A stretch of DNA of 63,847 nt, counting the filler, from Octopus bimaculoides (lineage: Eukaryota): NCBI RefSeq assembly GCF_001194135.2. It is 8 parts of 7 records of this genome, joined end to end, with 100 filler letters (N's around TTAATTAATTAA, not from the genome) between each part and the next. Parts side by side here need not be neighbours in the genome. Positions count along the whole stretch, not along the records: positions 31,857 to 40,195 come from NC_068987.1; positions 40,296 to 43,851 come from NC_068996.1; positions 43,952 to 48,773 come from NW_026342440.1; positions 48,874 to 59,320 come from NC_068987.1; 4 more parts are not named here. One strand, written 5' to 3'. Under the pieces are notes generated by a model. The model saw only the letters and a list, made by a program, of their open reading frames with translations. It ran no database searches and had not been told where the DNA came from. This document shows positions 37,301-49,032 of the stretch, in pieces. The position numbers and the translations under genes are program-made. Within the stretch, counting starts at the first letter, position 1, and every line of letters starts with the position of its first letter.

Positions 37301-37867
37301 AACTGATGGCGCCATCATAAAACCGGACTTTTGTTACAATGCAATGTGTACGGATAAATGATGTTTGTCTCTTGCTATGTTGCCGCACTAAAACAGCCAT
37401 ATCTAATCAATAGAAATCTATTTCTAAATATCTAACCAAAATACGAACAACGATGAGGAAATATCAGTTCGATATCAAGCTAATGGTGGTTTTGTTCATA
37501 ATAATCCTCGCTATTTGCTCGGATATAACACAGTTGGAAACCATTATAATGGTTGAACATTGGGGAAGAACAAGTGGGGATTCGATGTGATCGTTGCGTT
37601 TACATTAAGTTACGTTTTAATGAGGAGATTAATAGAGATACTGCAAACATCAATGCCCTTCTACAGGAATAGACGCTTCCCAAGTTATTCTGCATTGTCT
37701 ATTTAAGTGTCCATTTGAATGTTGCTGAATGCTTAGGCCTCTATTTTTGATGCAATTACCTATACGATTTTAGGATATATGAATACTGAAATAACAAGGT
37801 TTTCTACTATAGACACAAAGTTATCAATTGTGTCATTTCTGGTGAGTGACGTATCCAATCACACCAC

Positions 37868-38010
37868 CACTAGTACTCGAGCGATACTTCATTTTATCAA
37901 CCCCGGAAGAAAGAGACACAAAGTTAAACTTGGTGGGTTTTGAACGCAAACGGTTAAGAAATAACATCACGTATGTTGTTCGAGCATAGAACGATTCTGG
38001 TTACCCAACT
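37868..38010 (-). mobile_element. Old SINE family A copy
   Basis: GATACTTCATTTTATCAACCCCGGAAG..CAAAGTT..TTTGAAC..AACGATTCTG. Confidence 0.5.
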
Positions 38011-38467
38011 ATATATAATCAGAATTTATCAACACAAAACTACTAAGTGCAGATGTCCCTTGATATGTCTGACATTCCTGTCGCAATTATACGTATGTAT
38101 GTCCTATACAAGCAATCAGCATCACAGACAATCACATTTACACACATATATATGTATTGGACGTGGATTGTAAATTGTAAATCAAAGATGATTAAATATT
38201 CCAAATATTATATTAATTATCAATAATATTGATACGCCAGAATGTTCTTTCTGTACGAAGTGAGTGGCAAAGCTGGAGAGAGGAGAATAGAGACAAGAGA
38301 GAGAGAGTGAAAGAGAAAAAAGAGAAACAGTGAGAGAGATAGTGAGTGGTGACGGCGTTTGTTTTGTGTTTTTCAATGTTTATCGCATCACAAGAATAGT
38401 AGATACATAAATCGAAAGAAAAGTTGATACATAGATCCATACACACATTGTTAAATTAAAAGTGTGT

Positions 38468-38532
<65 letters not shown>

Positions 38533-38869
38533 GACACGGAAGAAGTGATCGAGAAAGAGATAAAGTGAGAAAGACAATAGATACATAGATCAAAAGAAAA
38601 CTTGATACATAAATACATAGATACTGTTAAATAACTACACCAAATATTGGATGTCACTTTCACTTTTCATTACAACACGAGGATAAAATCAACTAGCAAG
38701 TGGCTTTGTACTCCACAGACATGTATAGCATTAACGTAGTTTCACAGGGAAATTTGGCATCACCAAGAATATGACAAGGCTGTTTTAATTACAACTACAA
38801 CTCATTTTGGCCAGCTGAGTGGCTGGAGCAAGATGAACCTTCTTGGAAAAGTATGTAAGAAGGCAAACA

Positions 38870-39010
38870 AGTATAGAAGTAAGAACTGGTAGTATAAGCA
38901 ACAGGCTTACATAGAATAAGTCCAGGGTTCGATTTCTTCGACTAAATGCCAGTGCTCCAGCATGGTGACCGTCAAATAACTGGAACAAGTAAAACAATAA
39001 ATGAATACCG
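38870..39010 (+). mobile_element. SINE family B tail remnant
   Basis: AGAATAAGTCCAGGGTTCGATTTCTTCGACTAAA..GTGCTCCAGCATGG..GAACAAGTAAAA. Confidence 0.65.
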
Positions 39011-39255
39011 TACCGTTCAAGTACCCATACAAACAGAGCTGTCGCACAGCCATATGTATACACACTTGCAAAAGCGTACAGTAAAAGTATAATTTATATA
39101 TTTTTCTTCAACCACGTGTTATATATCGACATAATTCTGCAGTGAATGCAACTTTGATCTCGTAGAGTGAATTGTGTCATGGTGCTGTTTCTCACCAAAC
39201 TGAGCCTACTATACTGCGTATAAAAACATAAACATAAACATAAAAATCGAAAACA

Positions 39256-39890
39256 TAGGAAACGAATTTTTTCGTAAACAGTTCGTTTTCCATGTTTTTG
39301 CTTTTTATGTTCCCGTTTCTCATTTGTATCGTTCCATAGTTTTTGTAGTTTCTCATGACATTGATTGTCACTCCGCTCAGCCATTTCAGGAAACTTAACT
39401 GCATCAATATTTTTTACTTTCTCATCGTGTCATATTTTTCGTGATTGTAGAAGAGCGATTTCTGTTTCTAGTCGTCATAAAGCTAAATTCACACGTATCC
39501 TTGTCTCCTCAAGTGATTCACTTCTTATTTTTTCAATAAGAAATTATCTGGGCAGGATTGGGCCTTGTTTGCTTCGCCAATTCTGGTAGGTGTCTGTTAT
39601 ACTGTTGCCTCGAATGCTTATCAAATATGCAAGTTCCCGTTCATTAAGGAGTTTCATCCAAATATGTGGTTTCAAGTGAGTTTGTTCTTGTTACATTCTT
39701 GTTGTTCGTCTCTGTTGTTAGAGCACCTTGTGTATGGGTATCATTCACATTTTTATATGCAATGGTGAAGATTGTATCCAGTCTTGAAATAAGTACATTT
39801 AACTTATTCGATATTTCTCTGAGAAGTTCTATATTTTTCGTGTTTCTCAGTTGCAAGTTTGATTCTGTTCCATTCATTCTGGCGTCTTGT
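39256..39890 (-). pseudogene. Decayed coding sequence, probably the N-terminal part of a retroelement ORF; unclassified
   Basis: The frame KPHIWMKLLNERELAYLISIRGNSITDTYQNWRSKQGPILPR*FLIEKIRSESLEETRIRVNLAL*RLETEIALLQSRKI*HDEKVKNID.. is protein-like across single stops. Confidence 0.45.
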
Positions 39891-40307
39891 ACAACCAGGG
39901 AGATATGTATAAAGTATTAAGTGTGATCTACAGAAATTGAATATTGAGAAAAAAAGTCGTCAGAGTTTTGAAAAGAAAATCTTTTTAATTCTTCATTATT
40001 TTTAGTGTTTTCATTCCTTTCTCGGACTTGTCAAATAAAATTTTGTAAATATGCAAACAGCTTGTTCATCTATATCAAACAGATGTTTTTTGTGGGGCTT
40101 TCCTTAGAAGAGAACGTTGTTTTTTGTTGTTTTTTTTTGAGCGTGAGATTCCATGACAATAGCGATGGATAGATAGATAGCTTTACGTATATATANNNNN
40201 NNNNNNNNNNNNNNNNNNNNNNNNNNNNNNNNNNNNNNNTTAATTAATTAANNNNNNNNNNNNNNNNNNNNNNNNNNNNNNNNNNNNNNNNNNNNGATTA
40301 GAGTATA

Positions 40308-40463
40308 TTTTTATATATAATGTTGACCACTCACATGGATATTTAATGTGCTAGAAATAGATCACATCTTGTGTCTACTAATTTAGGTCTTAGTAGACAC
40401 AAGATGTGATCTATTTCTACCACATTAAATGTCCATGTGAGTGGTCAACATTATATATAAAAA
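40308..40463. repeat. 74-bp near-perfect hairpin (40308-40381 / 40390-40463, 8-nt loop, 2 mismatches)
   Basis: Direct reverse-complement comparison; a single-arm copy lies at 55994-56070. Confidence 0.92.
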
Positions 40464-40467
40464 AAAA

Positions 40468-40526
<59 letters not shown>

Positions 40527-41254
40527 CGTGTGTGTATATGTATATGTGTGTGTATACATACATATGTATATATACATACAACTATATATCCACATGCACA
40601 CATACATAAATGTATGTACATTGTTTTCTAAGTAAGTATTCTTCTATGAAAATATGTGAATATTGATTTACAGTCAATATCTACTTATATGTTCATATGA
40701 GTGGGTGTTAGTCGAAATTACAACAAAAACTGTTGTAAATTCTGATTTCTAATCAACTATATGCTTATGCTCGTACGCTTATTGGAATGTTATGTGTGTG
40801 TGTGTATGTATGTATGTATGTATGTATGTATGTATGTATGCACGGGTGTGTGTGTGTGTGTGTGTGAGTGTTTGTGAGCGTGATTGTGCGCATGTGATCA
40901 TGTCTGTAAATGTATGTGCATGTTCATTTTTGTATGTCTATATATATATATATATATATATATGCATCTGTACACATGTATTTCAATATATATATATTAT
41001 GTTGTGTATATGAATATATAAATATATATCTATGCATCTGTATATGAGTAAATATACATATGTATATAAATGTATACATATATACAGATGTGTATATATC
41101 ATGTATGTGTATGCGTATATGTGCATGTGCGCGTGTATATTTTTATGAGTCTGTATGAGTGTATGCTTATTATTTATTTATTTTGTTTATTCACTTTTAT
41201 TTATCAATTCATATAACTACCTAATGTGGCGAGATGGCAGAATCGTTAGCATCT

Positions 41255-42070
41255 AAAGTAACCGACTGCAGTGAAGTAACTGACAAAGCTATCAACATCA
41301 AGCGGTTCCTCATGAACCTACCGCACAACGGTTATCCGCCATCTACAGCTCAATGATTGCATTCGCGAAACAAGAAAACGGGAAAACAACACAAGAAAGC
41401 CCGCAACATCAGGTCAGAAAAATGCTGCCTTAACATCAGTTCAGAAAAGTACTTCAATGACAGAACAACGGCAACTCTCCAACATGCCATCTGCAGGAAG
41501 AGACTTAACATACAGCTGGTACACACCAGTCCATCCTTGAGGAAAGTTCGGTCGAAGAAAAATATCACAGAGTGCACCGTGAGGTGCACACTCACCAACT
41601 TCCCCATCAACATCAAAACATGCACGAGTACCTATGTAGTATACGAGGTAGTCTGCAATGAGTGTGGAGCATCCTACACAGGGAGCAATACCGGGAAACT
41701 GCATGACTGAATAAAAGAGCATATGCAGACAGACACTTCGATAAAGGAACACCTTAGGAAGTACCAAACCCGGAATTTTAAAGTTTCCATCAAGGCAACC
41801 CAACACAACAGGGGCAATCTCAGCAGTTTGGAATCCCTCCTTATAAACAAATTGAAGCCAGCTATTAACAACAAGAACTACACGAAGCAGATTGGTTGCT
41901 ATAACAACAACAGTCCGCGCATGTCACCTTCCTCCTTCCTCCCCTCCCCCCGCCACTCACACACACACATCTGAGCAACAACCTTTTCCAATTACCGCTT
42001 TTCCGAATGTTCTGACGAAGGGATATAAATGCAGTTCTGAAAAGTGAAGTGAGCAACATTGTACGAGTTT
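41255..42070 (+). mobile_element. Penelope-like element 3' part (GIY-YIG) with downstream pLTR-like region, abutting a truncated SINE-A head at 41225-41250
   Basis: CTSTYVVYEVVCNECGASYTGS..LHD*IKEH..SIKEHL..LESLLINKLKPAINNK. Confidence 0.85.
42006..42060 (+). ncRNA. Decayed hammerhead motif in the Penelope pLTR
   Basis: AATGTT-CTGACGA-A-GGG...CT-GAAA...gc-AACATT. Stem I is a perfect 6 bp; stem III and the cleavage triplet are degenerate. Confidence 0.5.
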
Positions 42071-42124
42071 TCAGTCAGCTCCTAAAGACGCACTCTCTTC
42101 CTGATACAGTACCAAAACAGAGAA

Positions 42125-43075
42125 GACATGGATGGAAAGCATTCAGCATACAAAAAAAAATAGACTATGCATGGGTATGTTGCCCGGAAGCTTGAAGAAG
42201 ACAGTAGAATTAATACGAAGCGCAGCCTGTCTTGGTCACAACACCACTACATCACATAACACTTTGAAGGCTATGCATTTGCCATCCAGGAACAGGATAT
42301 TGACACAAAGTACCTGGTGAACAAGAGAGACAGTGACGCTCTTGTAATCCCAAGGTGTAACCGCATGTATAGACTATGTCATGTTTCTGTGGAAGACATC
42401 ACGCATGGGATTAGCAGCGGTCCGAAAATGTCGTTACGGTGCTATTTTCCCATGCGGCACGATGTTGTTGCTAAAACAATTTACAATGCCATCCGCAAAA
42501 AAAAGACTGTCCTGAAATAAACTTTGAAAATGTCTCTATTATGGAATACATTCATAAACTCCAGCTCAAGGAATACTAGTGTAATATTCCCATCAAAACT
42601 TCTGTCAAATGCAAACATAACAGACCGGATATTGTTGTTTGGGAAGCAGGGGCAAAGGTATGTACCATCTTATAGGACAGCTGCCCTGCAGATATAAATA
42701 TCTCTTTGAAAATTAAACGAAAAGACGATATAGATATGGACAACTGCTTCGAAACCTCTAGCTTCTGTATCCAGACTATGAATTCATATTCATACCAATA
42801 ATAATTGAAACACTAGGTTTTGTTAGTAAATGTTTAAAGGAGAATCTGGATAAACTGAGATTTTCAGAAAGAGAAATCGGCCGGCTAATTCGTACATTAC
42901 AAGTCCAATCTGTGAGTGGAACAGTAAAAATATGCAAGTCTATTCTCAAGTTCCCTATGTGAATTTGTCTGTGTTAACTACATCACAAAGATGGAGCCAT
43001 GAATTTTTGTTGGAAACCAGCTCCCTCCTCAGTGGAAGATTTATAATATTTAAGAAATAGAAGATGGTGAATAAT
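42125..43075 (+). mobile_element. 3' part of a third R4/Dong-like LINE (distinct subfamily)
   Basis: HFEGYAFAIQEQDIDTKY..RLCHVSVEDITH..RHDVVAK..HNRPDIVVW..C.I..SCPAD..PIII.TLG..TVKICKSILKFPM* (stop at 42959-42961). Confidence 0.8.
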
Positions 43076-43169
43076 ATTATTTCGTGTATGAACGCATAAA
43101 AATTATTCTACCGAAACAGCTCCCGCAAACTTTAAATATCATTTGCGTTCTCTTTACACAAATATATAG

Positions 43170-43555
43170 TGAGCACAGGAATGTTGGTTGACCATTGGCT
43201 CAGATAAAAGAATAAGCTGAACAGTAACCTCTCAAGAGTCAATATGTCTCATATCACTTTTGAACAAACAGTCCTGGAGCGAACAAAATAGAAATCATCG
43301 AGTCAGAATGGTATAAGAAACTTTGTTTCAACCAGCATTAACAGGCTTAGGAGAGCAAAGCAAAGGAGAAAAGCGGCTGCAAATATACCGCTTGCACTGG
43401 CCCGTAATACTCATACTTGCAGCATCTGTGGGCCTCTCTGCGAATCGTTTGCGAGATTCAAATGTCACATTCGACATAAGCATTATAACTGATAAAAAAA
43501 TAGAGTAGCTGGTCAGATCCTCATACACCAAAACCGACGGGAGAGTCCATTATTG
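43170..43555 (+). mobile_element. RTE-clade LINE 3' end with (ATT)n tail
   Basis: ..INRLRRAKQRRKAA..HTCSICGPLCES..HIRHKH* (C-terminal C2H2-like finger), short UTR, then ATTATTGTTATT. Confidence 0.75.
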
Positions 43556-43559
43556 TTAT

Positions 43560-43851
43560 TATTATTATTATTCAGTAGTTTTATTTTTATAACGTGCTTT
43601 CACTTCACTACCGAGCGCAGCTCTGTGCGCCTTGGGTATGTGCTGTGGTTTGCTGTGGTGCTCTTATGTTTACTGTATTGAAAGTGTTTTGCGTAGAATG
43701 TGTGCAGTACCCAGTAGTGCAATTTTCTGTATGTTATATATATTTGTAAGTCCTGGTGTTTTTGTTATGTATTTGTCTGAATATTTTTTTATTATACCTA
43801 AGGCACCTACTATGATAGGAATTGTTTCTGTTTTTAGATTCCACATTCGAG
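43560..43851 (-). mobile_element. 3' end of a fourth R4/Dong-type LINE
   Basis: RMWNLKTETIPIIVGALGIIKKYSDKYITKTPGLTNIYNIQKIALLGTAHILRKTLSIQ*. Confidence 0.9.
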
Positions 43852-43994
43852 NNNNNNNNNNNNNNNNNNNNNNNNNNNNNNNNNNNNNNNNNNNNTTAAT
43901 TAATTAANNNNNNNNNNNNNNNNNNNNNNNNNNNNNNNNNNNNNNNNNNNNATATATATATGTATGTTTGTTTGTATGTATGCATGTATGTATG

Positions 43995-44430
43995 TATGTA
44001 TATAATCGTTTGTCTTACCATCCCTGTTGTATTCCTCTGAAACATAGAGTGTTATGTAAGACATTTCAAATTGTTAGAACGATTCCACCAACAAAGCCTT
44101 CACCGCATTTTAAACATTACATGGGGGATTTTTTACTCCAGACACAGATGTCTATGCGTCTGCAGGCATCACTTCAATTAAATCAATGATTCTTAAAAAT
44201 CAAATGAGATGGTTCTGGCCATATTGTTCGAATGGCAGACGAACGCACACCCAACAGCTGTTTTATGGCGAGCTTGAAGAAGGGAAATGCAATCGGTGCA
44301 AACCTAAAAAGGGGTTTAAGGACGGCATAAAAACTACCATGAAATCACTTGAAATGGACTCAAAGATCATAGAAACCCTTTCTTGGGGTTGAGCTGGATA
44401 GCAAACAAAAGTGTGGAGTGGAGTGAAACT
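43995..44430 (+). mobile_element. RTE-clade LINE fragment (RT thumb region)
   Basis: LCKRHFKLLERFHQQSLHRILNITW..SIKSMILKNQMRW..HIVRMADER..KQLFYGELEEGKCNRCKPKKGFKD. Confidence 0.85.
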
Positions 44431-44469
44431 CTATAATATTAGCAAAGGGATGCATGCCCAAGTCAGTAA

Positions 44470-44910
44470 GGTAACAGGCGAAAGCAGTTTGCCGTCCTGC
44501 CTTGTAACTACATGACAAACACATTGTTCTGAGCTCGATCCCATTGCACACCACGTCGAACAAGTGCTCTTTGTCATAGCCTGTATCGGTTTCGATAATG
44601 ATGATCAATCAGTTGTTCGGTCGACTGATCTGCATACTTGTTAAATTAGCGTGTAAGTGGGTAAGTATTCTACAGACCATTGTATTCTGAGCGTAAGTCT
44701 CGGGCAGAATCAGTGTGACACAATATAAGGCTATACTTTTGAATTACAGACACGATCGAGCCGACAGACTTCTCCACAGTTTCTGTAAACTCAGTTTCGT
44801 TCACAAGGCTTGGGTTATGATTGAAAAACAAACCCAGCTTATCTAAGATGACACGCAAGGGATTGAAACCAAAACTTTTGGGTGGTACAAATGAACCAAA
44901 CACATTTTGG
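44470..44910. mobile_element. Two old SINEs tail-to-tail (about 44470-44735 on +, 44745-44910 on -)
   Basis: GAGCTCGATCCCATTGCACACCACGTCGAACAAGTGCTCTT (B-box and CORE-like) on +. CAGTTTCTGTAAACTCAGTTTCGTTCACAAGGCTT matches the family-B head on -. Confidence 0.55.
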
Positions 44911-45355
44911 TGCATGACCAAGTCAGTAAAGGAGTAGAAAAATAACTATTCGTCGTCAAAACGTTGCGTCTCATGATTAAATCAGTTATCTCTTAAAAAG
45001 CCTAGTGCAGGCAACTGTAAATTGATATGCAAGTTAGGAATAACACCCAGGTGTAAACGTTGCCAAAGTACTTTTAAGGATCAGAATGAGGTGACTGGGC
45101 GCAGCTCTTTAGACACTAACAATTTGGCACGCCTGATGGTACAATGAGTCGTTTTACGGGAACAGAACTTTTCAGCACTGCAGGCAAACACGCCCGCACG
45201 CAAAAATACACACATACAGATACAAACATGTCCTTTCTTCACATACGCGTGAAGAAAAACCACACGCACATAGTCAAATAGAGTGAGGGAGAGAAAGATA
45301 TAGAGAGAGAGGGGGAAGTGTTTGTAACAATCGGAATCATTCAATACATCTTATT

Positions 45356-45478
45356 GCATTTCGTCTGTCTTTACGTTCTGAGTTCAAATTTCGCCGAGGT
45401 CGAATTTGCTTTGCATCCTTTCTGAGTCGATAAATTAAGTACCCCACAATTTCGGGCCTTGTGCCTAGAGTAGAAAAG
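45356..45478 (+). mobile_element. 5'-truncated SINE family A with a 17-bp TSD
   Basis: AATACATCTTATTGCAT (45343-45359) and AATATATCTTATTGCAT (45479-45495) flank the copy. Confidence 0.85.
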
Positions 45479-45495
45479 AATATATCTTATTGCAT

Positions 45496-45551
45496 CTATC
45501 TCCCTTTCTCTCTCTGTCTCCCTCTCTCTCCTTCTCTCTTTCTCTCTCTCC

Positions 45552-45648
<97 letters not shown>

Positions 45649-45708
45649 TCTCTCTATCTATCTATCTACCTATCTATTTCTATCTCAATCTCTATCTCTC
45701 TCTCTCTC
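45496..45708. repeat. (CT)n/(CTAT)n microsatellite
   Basis: Seen directly in sequence. Confidence 0.95.
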
Positions 45709-46067
45709 CGACTTTTCTGCTCACAGCACCAAAATTTTAATTTACTATCAACTCTATTCTGCCAAAGACGTACAGAAATCCACTGTTAGTATATCTTTCT
45801 TTTCTGCGTTTCATCAATATTTCACCAGCCATCATACACATAAAGTAAAGTAGTAAGTTGAGCGAAGTGTAGTAGTCGAGTAGTTTAATAGTTGTATTAC
45901 AAGTTAGTTGCCAGCAAAAATAAAACAAACTTTTCACGCAGCAAAAACGTCTTGGGGACAAAGCGTCAGATGTCAAATAAGCTAAAAGAGCAAGGTCATA
46001 ACGGTTGTGTCGAAACGGCTCCACCAAAGTGCCTCTTACTCTTAAGGGACACCACTATGACTACATA

Positions 46068-46318
46068 TATGTTATATGCACCTCTTTTAACGATATGCCT
46101 CCGGTTTTTAAAATTGCATTTTTAGAGTACCAAAAGTTGCCTCCGTCTCCTTGATACAATATTTCGCATTACTATAGAAAAGATTCGGAAATTATGTTAT
46201 ATGCACCTGCTTCAATGATATGGCTTCGGTTTTTAAAATAGTATTTTTAGGGTTAAATATCAGAAATTGCTTCCGACTCCTTAATACGCTATTTGACATT
46301 ACTAATAGAGTCGGAAAT
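46068..46318. repeat. Diverged tandem duplication, period ~125 bp
   Basis: TATGTTATATGCACCT..CGGTTTTTAAAAT..CTCCTT.ATAC..CATTACTA..TCGGAAAT occurs twice. Confidence 0.85.
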
Positions 46319-46674
46319 TATCTAATACGTCAAAAGACCGTTATTTCTTTGGGTTTGTATGTTTTAAGTATTATAGATTACAAATCTGCAAAAGAAAAAT
46401 TGAATAAATAAAAATAAAAATGAGAGGGGTATTTTTTCTTAACTCCTCAAATCATTTGGGGAGGGAGGGGATTTTTCAGACTTATGTTATGTATAATTTT
46501 AAAGATTCATGATCTCAAATACTTAAAATCATAAATCAAATTTTTTTTTAAAAAAACATAAAACAAAAATAAAAAATTAAAACATTATGAATGAAAAATA
46601 AAAAACATAATAAATCTAAAATAAAAAACATAAATAATTTTTTTTTTTTTAATTTAAAAAATAATAATAAATTT

Positions 46675-46849
46675 TGTAGGCGTGGCTATGTGGTTAACGA
46701 GCTTGCTTCCCAACTATGTGATCATGGGTTCATTCCCACTAAGCGGTACTTTGGGAAAATGTCTTCTACAGTAGCCCCGGACCGACTATTACTTTAGAGT
46801 GGATTTCATATACGGAAACTGAAAGAAGATGTGTGTGTGTATGTGTGTG

Positions 46850-46884
<35 letters not shown>

Positions 46885-47045
46885 GTCACACAACTCCTGG
46901 CAAAAGAGGCCGATAAAATAACAGGCTTCAAAATAAGTACTAGGGACGATATGTTCGACTAAAAAACCCTTCAGGGCGATGCTGCAACATGGCCGCAGTA
47001 CAATGACTTGAAGCAAGTAAAAGAAAAAAGATGAAACAAGATAAA
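46675..47045 (+). mobile_element. Gap-free SINE family B: head, internal (TG)n at 46830-46885, abbreviated tail
   Basis: GGCGTGGCTATGTGGTTAA..GGGTTCATTCCCAC..CGGAAACTGAAAGAAG-(TG)n-..GCAACATGGCCGCAG..AGCAAGTAAAAGA. Confidence 0.8.
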
Positions 47046-47959
47046 TGAAAGTCAAAACTGAATGGAGGGGTAAAACCCAGCCTTAACCCAGCGTTTTTTT
47101 TTTCTCTTTTTTCTTTAGACTTGTCTCCTACGAAAAATACACACCAGAAGAATTTACGGTTTTTGGAACCCTGGATAACTTCCGACTCTATTCTATAGGA
47201 ATGCCTACTATTACTGAAATCGAGATGCGATGTTCACTGCTGAAAACCTTTCATCATCGGTTTGCTCAATCTGGGCGGACCTTGAGCTAAGCAGCAACAG
47301 CAACAACAACAATCTGTTCATAATAACACAGCTCTTCAGTCTAGCCACAATAGATCACCATTAAGCTCTAAACAATGCATATAAGATTAGATTTAGTCCG
47401 GTCCTGCAAACGAAAATAGAAACTGTATTCAATTTTAATTTTCTCTTCTGAATTGAAGATGCATGTTAATTTTACGCAGTACGAAAGGGGGAAAAATCGA
47501 TAAATCACATAAACCACGTGTCACGCGGCACGTGATATCGACCGCCGTTCTCCGCTTCGTGCACTGTTCCTGCTGAATAGATATATTGGAAGATCCATCC
47601 AACAACATCAAAAACAAATTTAGAAACACTACACTTTTTACAAGAAGGATTTCCCCTTTTGTTCTTAGTTGTTGTTTATTATATACATTTTGATTAAATT
47701 TCTTCACGAAGTGACAGAGAGAAAGGGAAAATGAGAGAGAGAAGGGGGGGAAAGAGAGAGAGGAAGAAAGTAAGGAGAAAATAGAAACTAGAGATAGGGA
47801 GAAAGGAGGAGATAGAGAGCGAGAGATAAAGAGAAGAGTTCTGACATTTGAAACCTGCCGGGGTAGGGGAGATAACTCAATTTACACGGAAATGGAAAAC
47901 TGTTATTTCACTCTATTAATAGAAAGCCCAATTCAGACTCAACTGCTATCCTCATACAA

Positions 47960-48238
47960 TCCCAACAACTATGACTGCTGCTGCTGCTACTACTACTACT
48001 ACTACTACTACCCATTATTCAACCACGAATGTCAGCACCCCCTACGCTACATCGTTACTATCACAATTGCTATTGACACCGTGATCACCACCACCACCAC
48101 CATCACCCCCAACTGCACCACCATCACTACCACCCTTACAACTATCATTCCTACAACAACCAAGACACCAATGGAATGAAGAAATCACAACTACTACCTA
48201 CACACCCACCAATCACTAGTAGTAGTAGTAGTAGTCAG
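47960..48238. repeat. (CTG)n/(CTA)n/(CCA)n compound trinucleotide region ending in (TAG)n
   Basis: Seen directly in sequence. Confidence 0.8.
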
Positions 48239-48939
48239 CCAACAAGTGAGCCCCTATCGGGTCAGTAGATCTGCTAGAAATAGCAACAAAATCATACCAT
48301 GCTAAATTTGAAAAGTATACATGGAATAATATAGTCCGACATAACTATTAACAGACGGAGTGGTCATGCCAGGAATGCTTTTGATTATACATTTACAAGA
48401 AGCGGTGGTTGCCCTGTGACTAAATGACTACATTACACTTTCTTCCCGTATCTAAAGAGAAACCTTCTCAGGTATTGCTCGTCCTATTAAACATAGCAAG
48501 CAATTCTCCCTTAAATTATACAATAAGGTCGTTTATAAAGGGAAACACACATAGAGCGATTGCTGCATGAATGCAAAGTATACAACGCATAATAATAGTG
48601 TTTCGTTTTTATGAGAGACAGTAGCAAATAGGGCGCATGTATATTGTGTGCACCTTGCTTCAATTATATGGCTCTGATTTATAAATTTGCAAATACTGGT
48701 CACAAGAAGTCAGCCCTGATATATGTGTGTGTGTGCATATACATATATATAAACATATATTGTATATGTATATNNNNNNNNNNNNNNNNNNNNNNNNNNN
48801 NNNNNNNNNNNNNNNNNTTAATTAATTAANNNNNNNNNNNNNNNNNNNNNNNNNNNNNNNNNNNNNNNNNNNNAATGCCATTTTGTGTAGGACTGGTATA
48901 ATTACCAACACAGGAACACGTATCATACATCAAAATGAA

Positions 48940-49032
48940 GCTGGTCCTCTGTGGACTATCATCTTTTCGGCCTCATGAAAGAGAGTTTGAGAAGTAAACA
49001 TTATTCTAGTGACGAGGAAGTGAAAACTACTC
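48940..49032 (+). mobile_element. Mariner transposase C-terminal fragment
   Basis: DYHLFGLMKESLRSKHYSSDEEVKT matches the mariner APSDYHLF..LRGK.F...EEVK pattern. Confidence 0.75.

Noticed and set aside
44670-44921. 83-aa minus-strand ORF with protein-like composition
   Set aside because: It overlaps two old SINE copies; the ORF is incidental.
47435-47707. 90-aa ORF with a signal-peptide-like hydrophobic stretch
   Set aside because: GTG start, no recognisable homology, and no convincing donor site.
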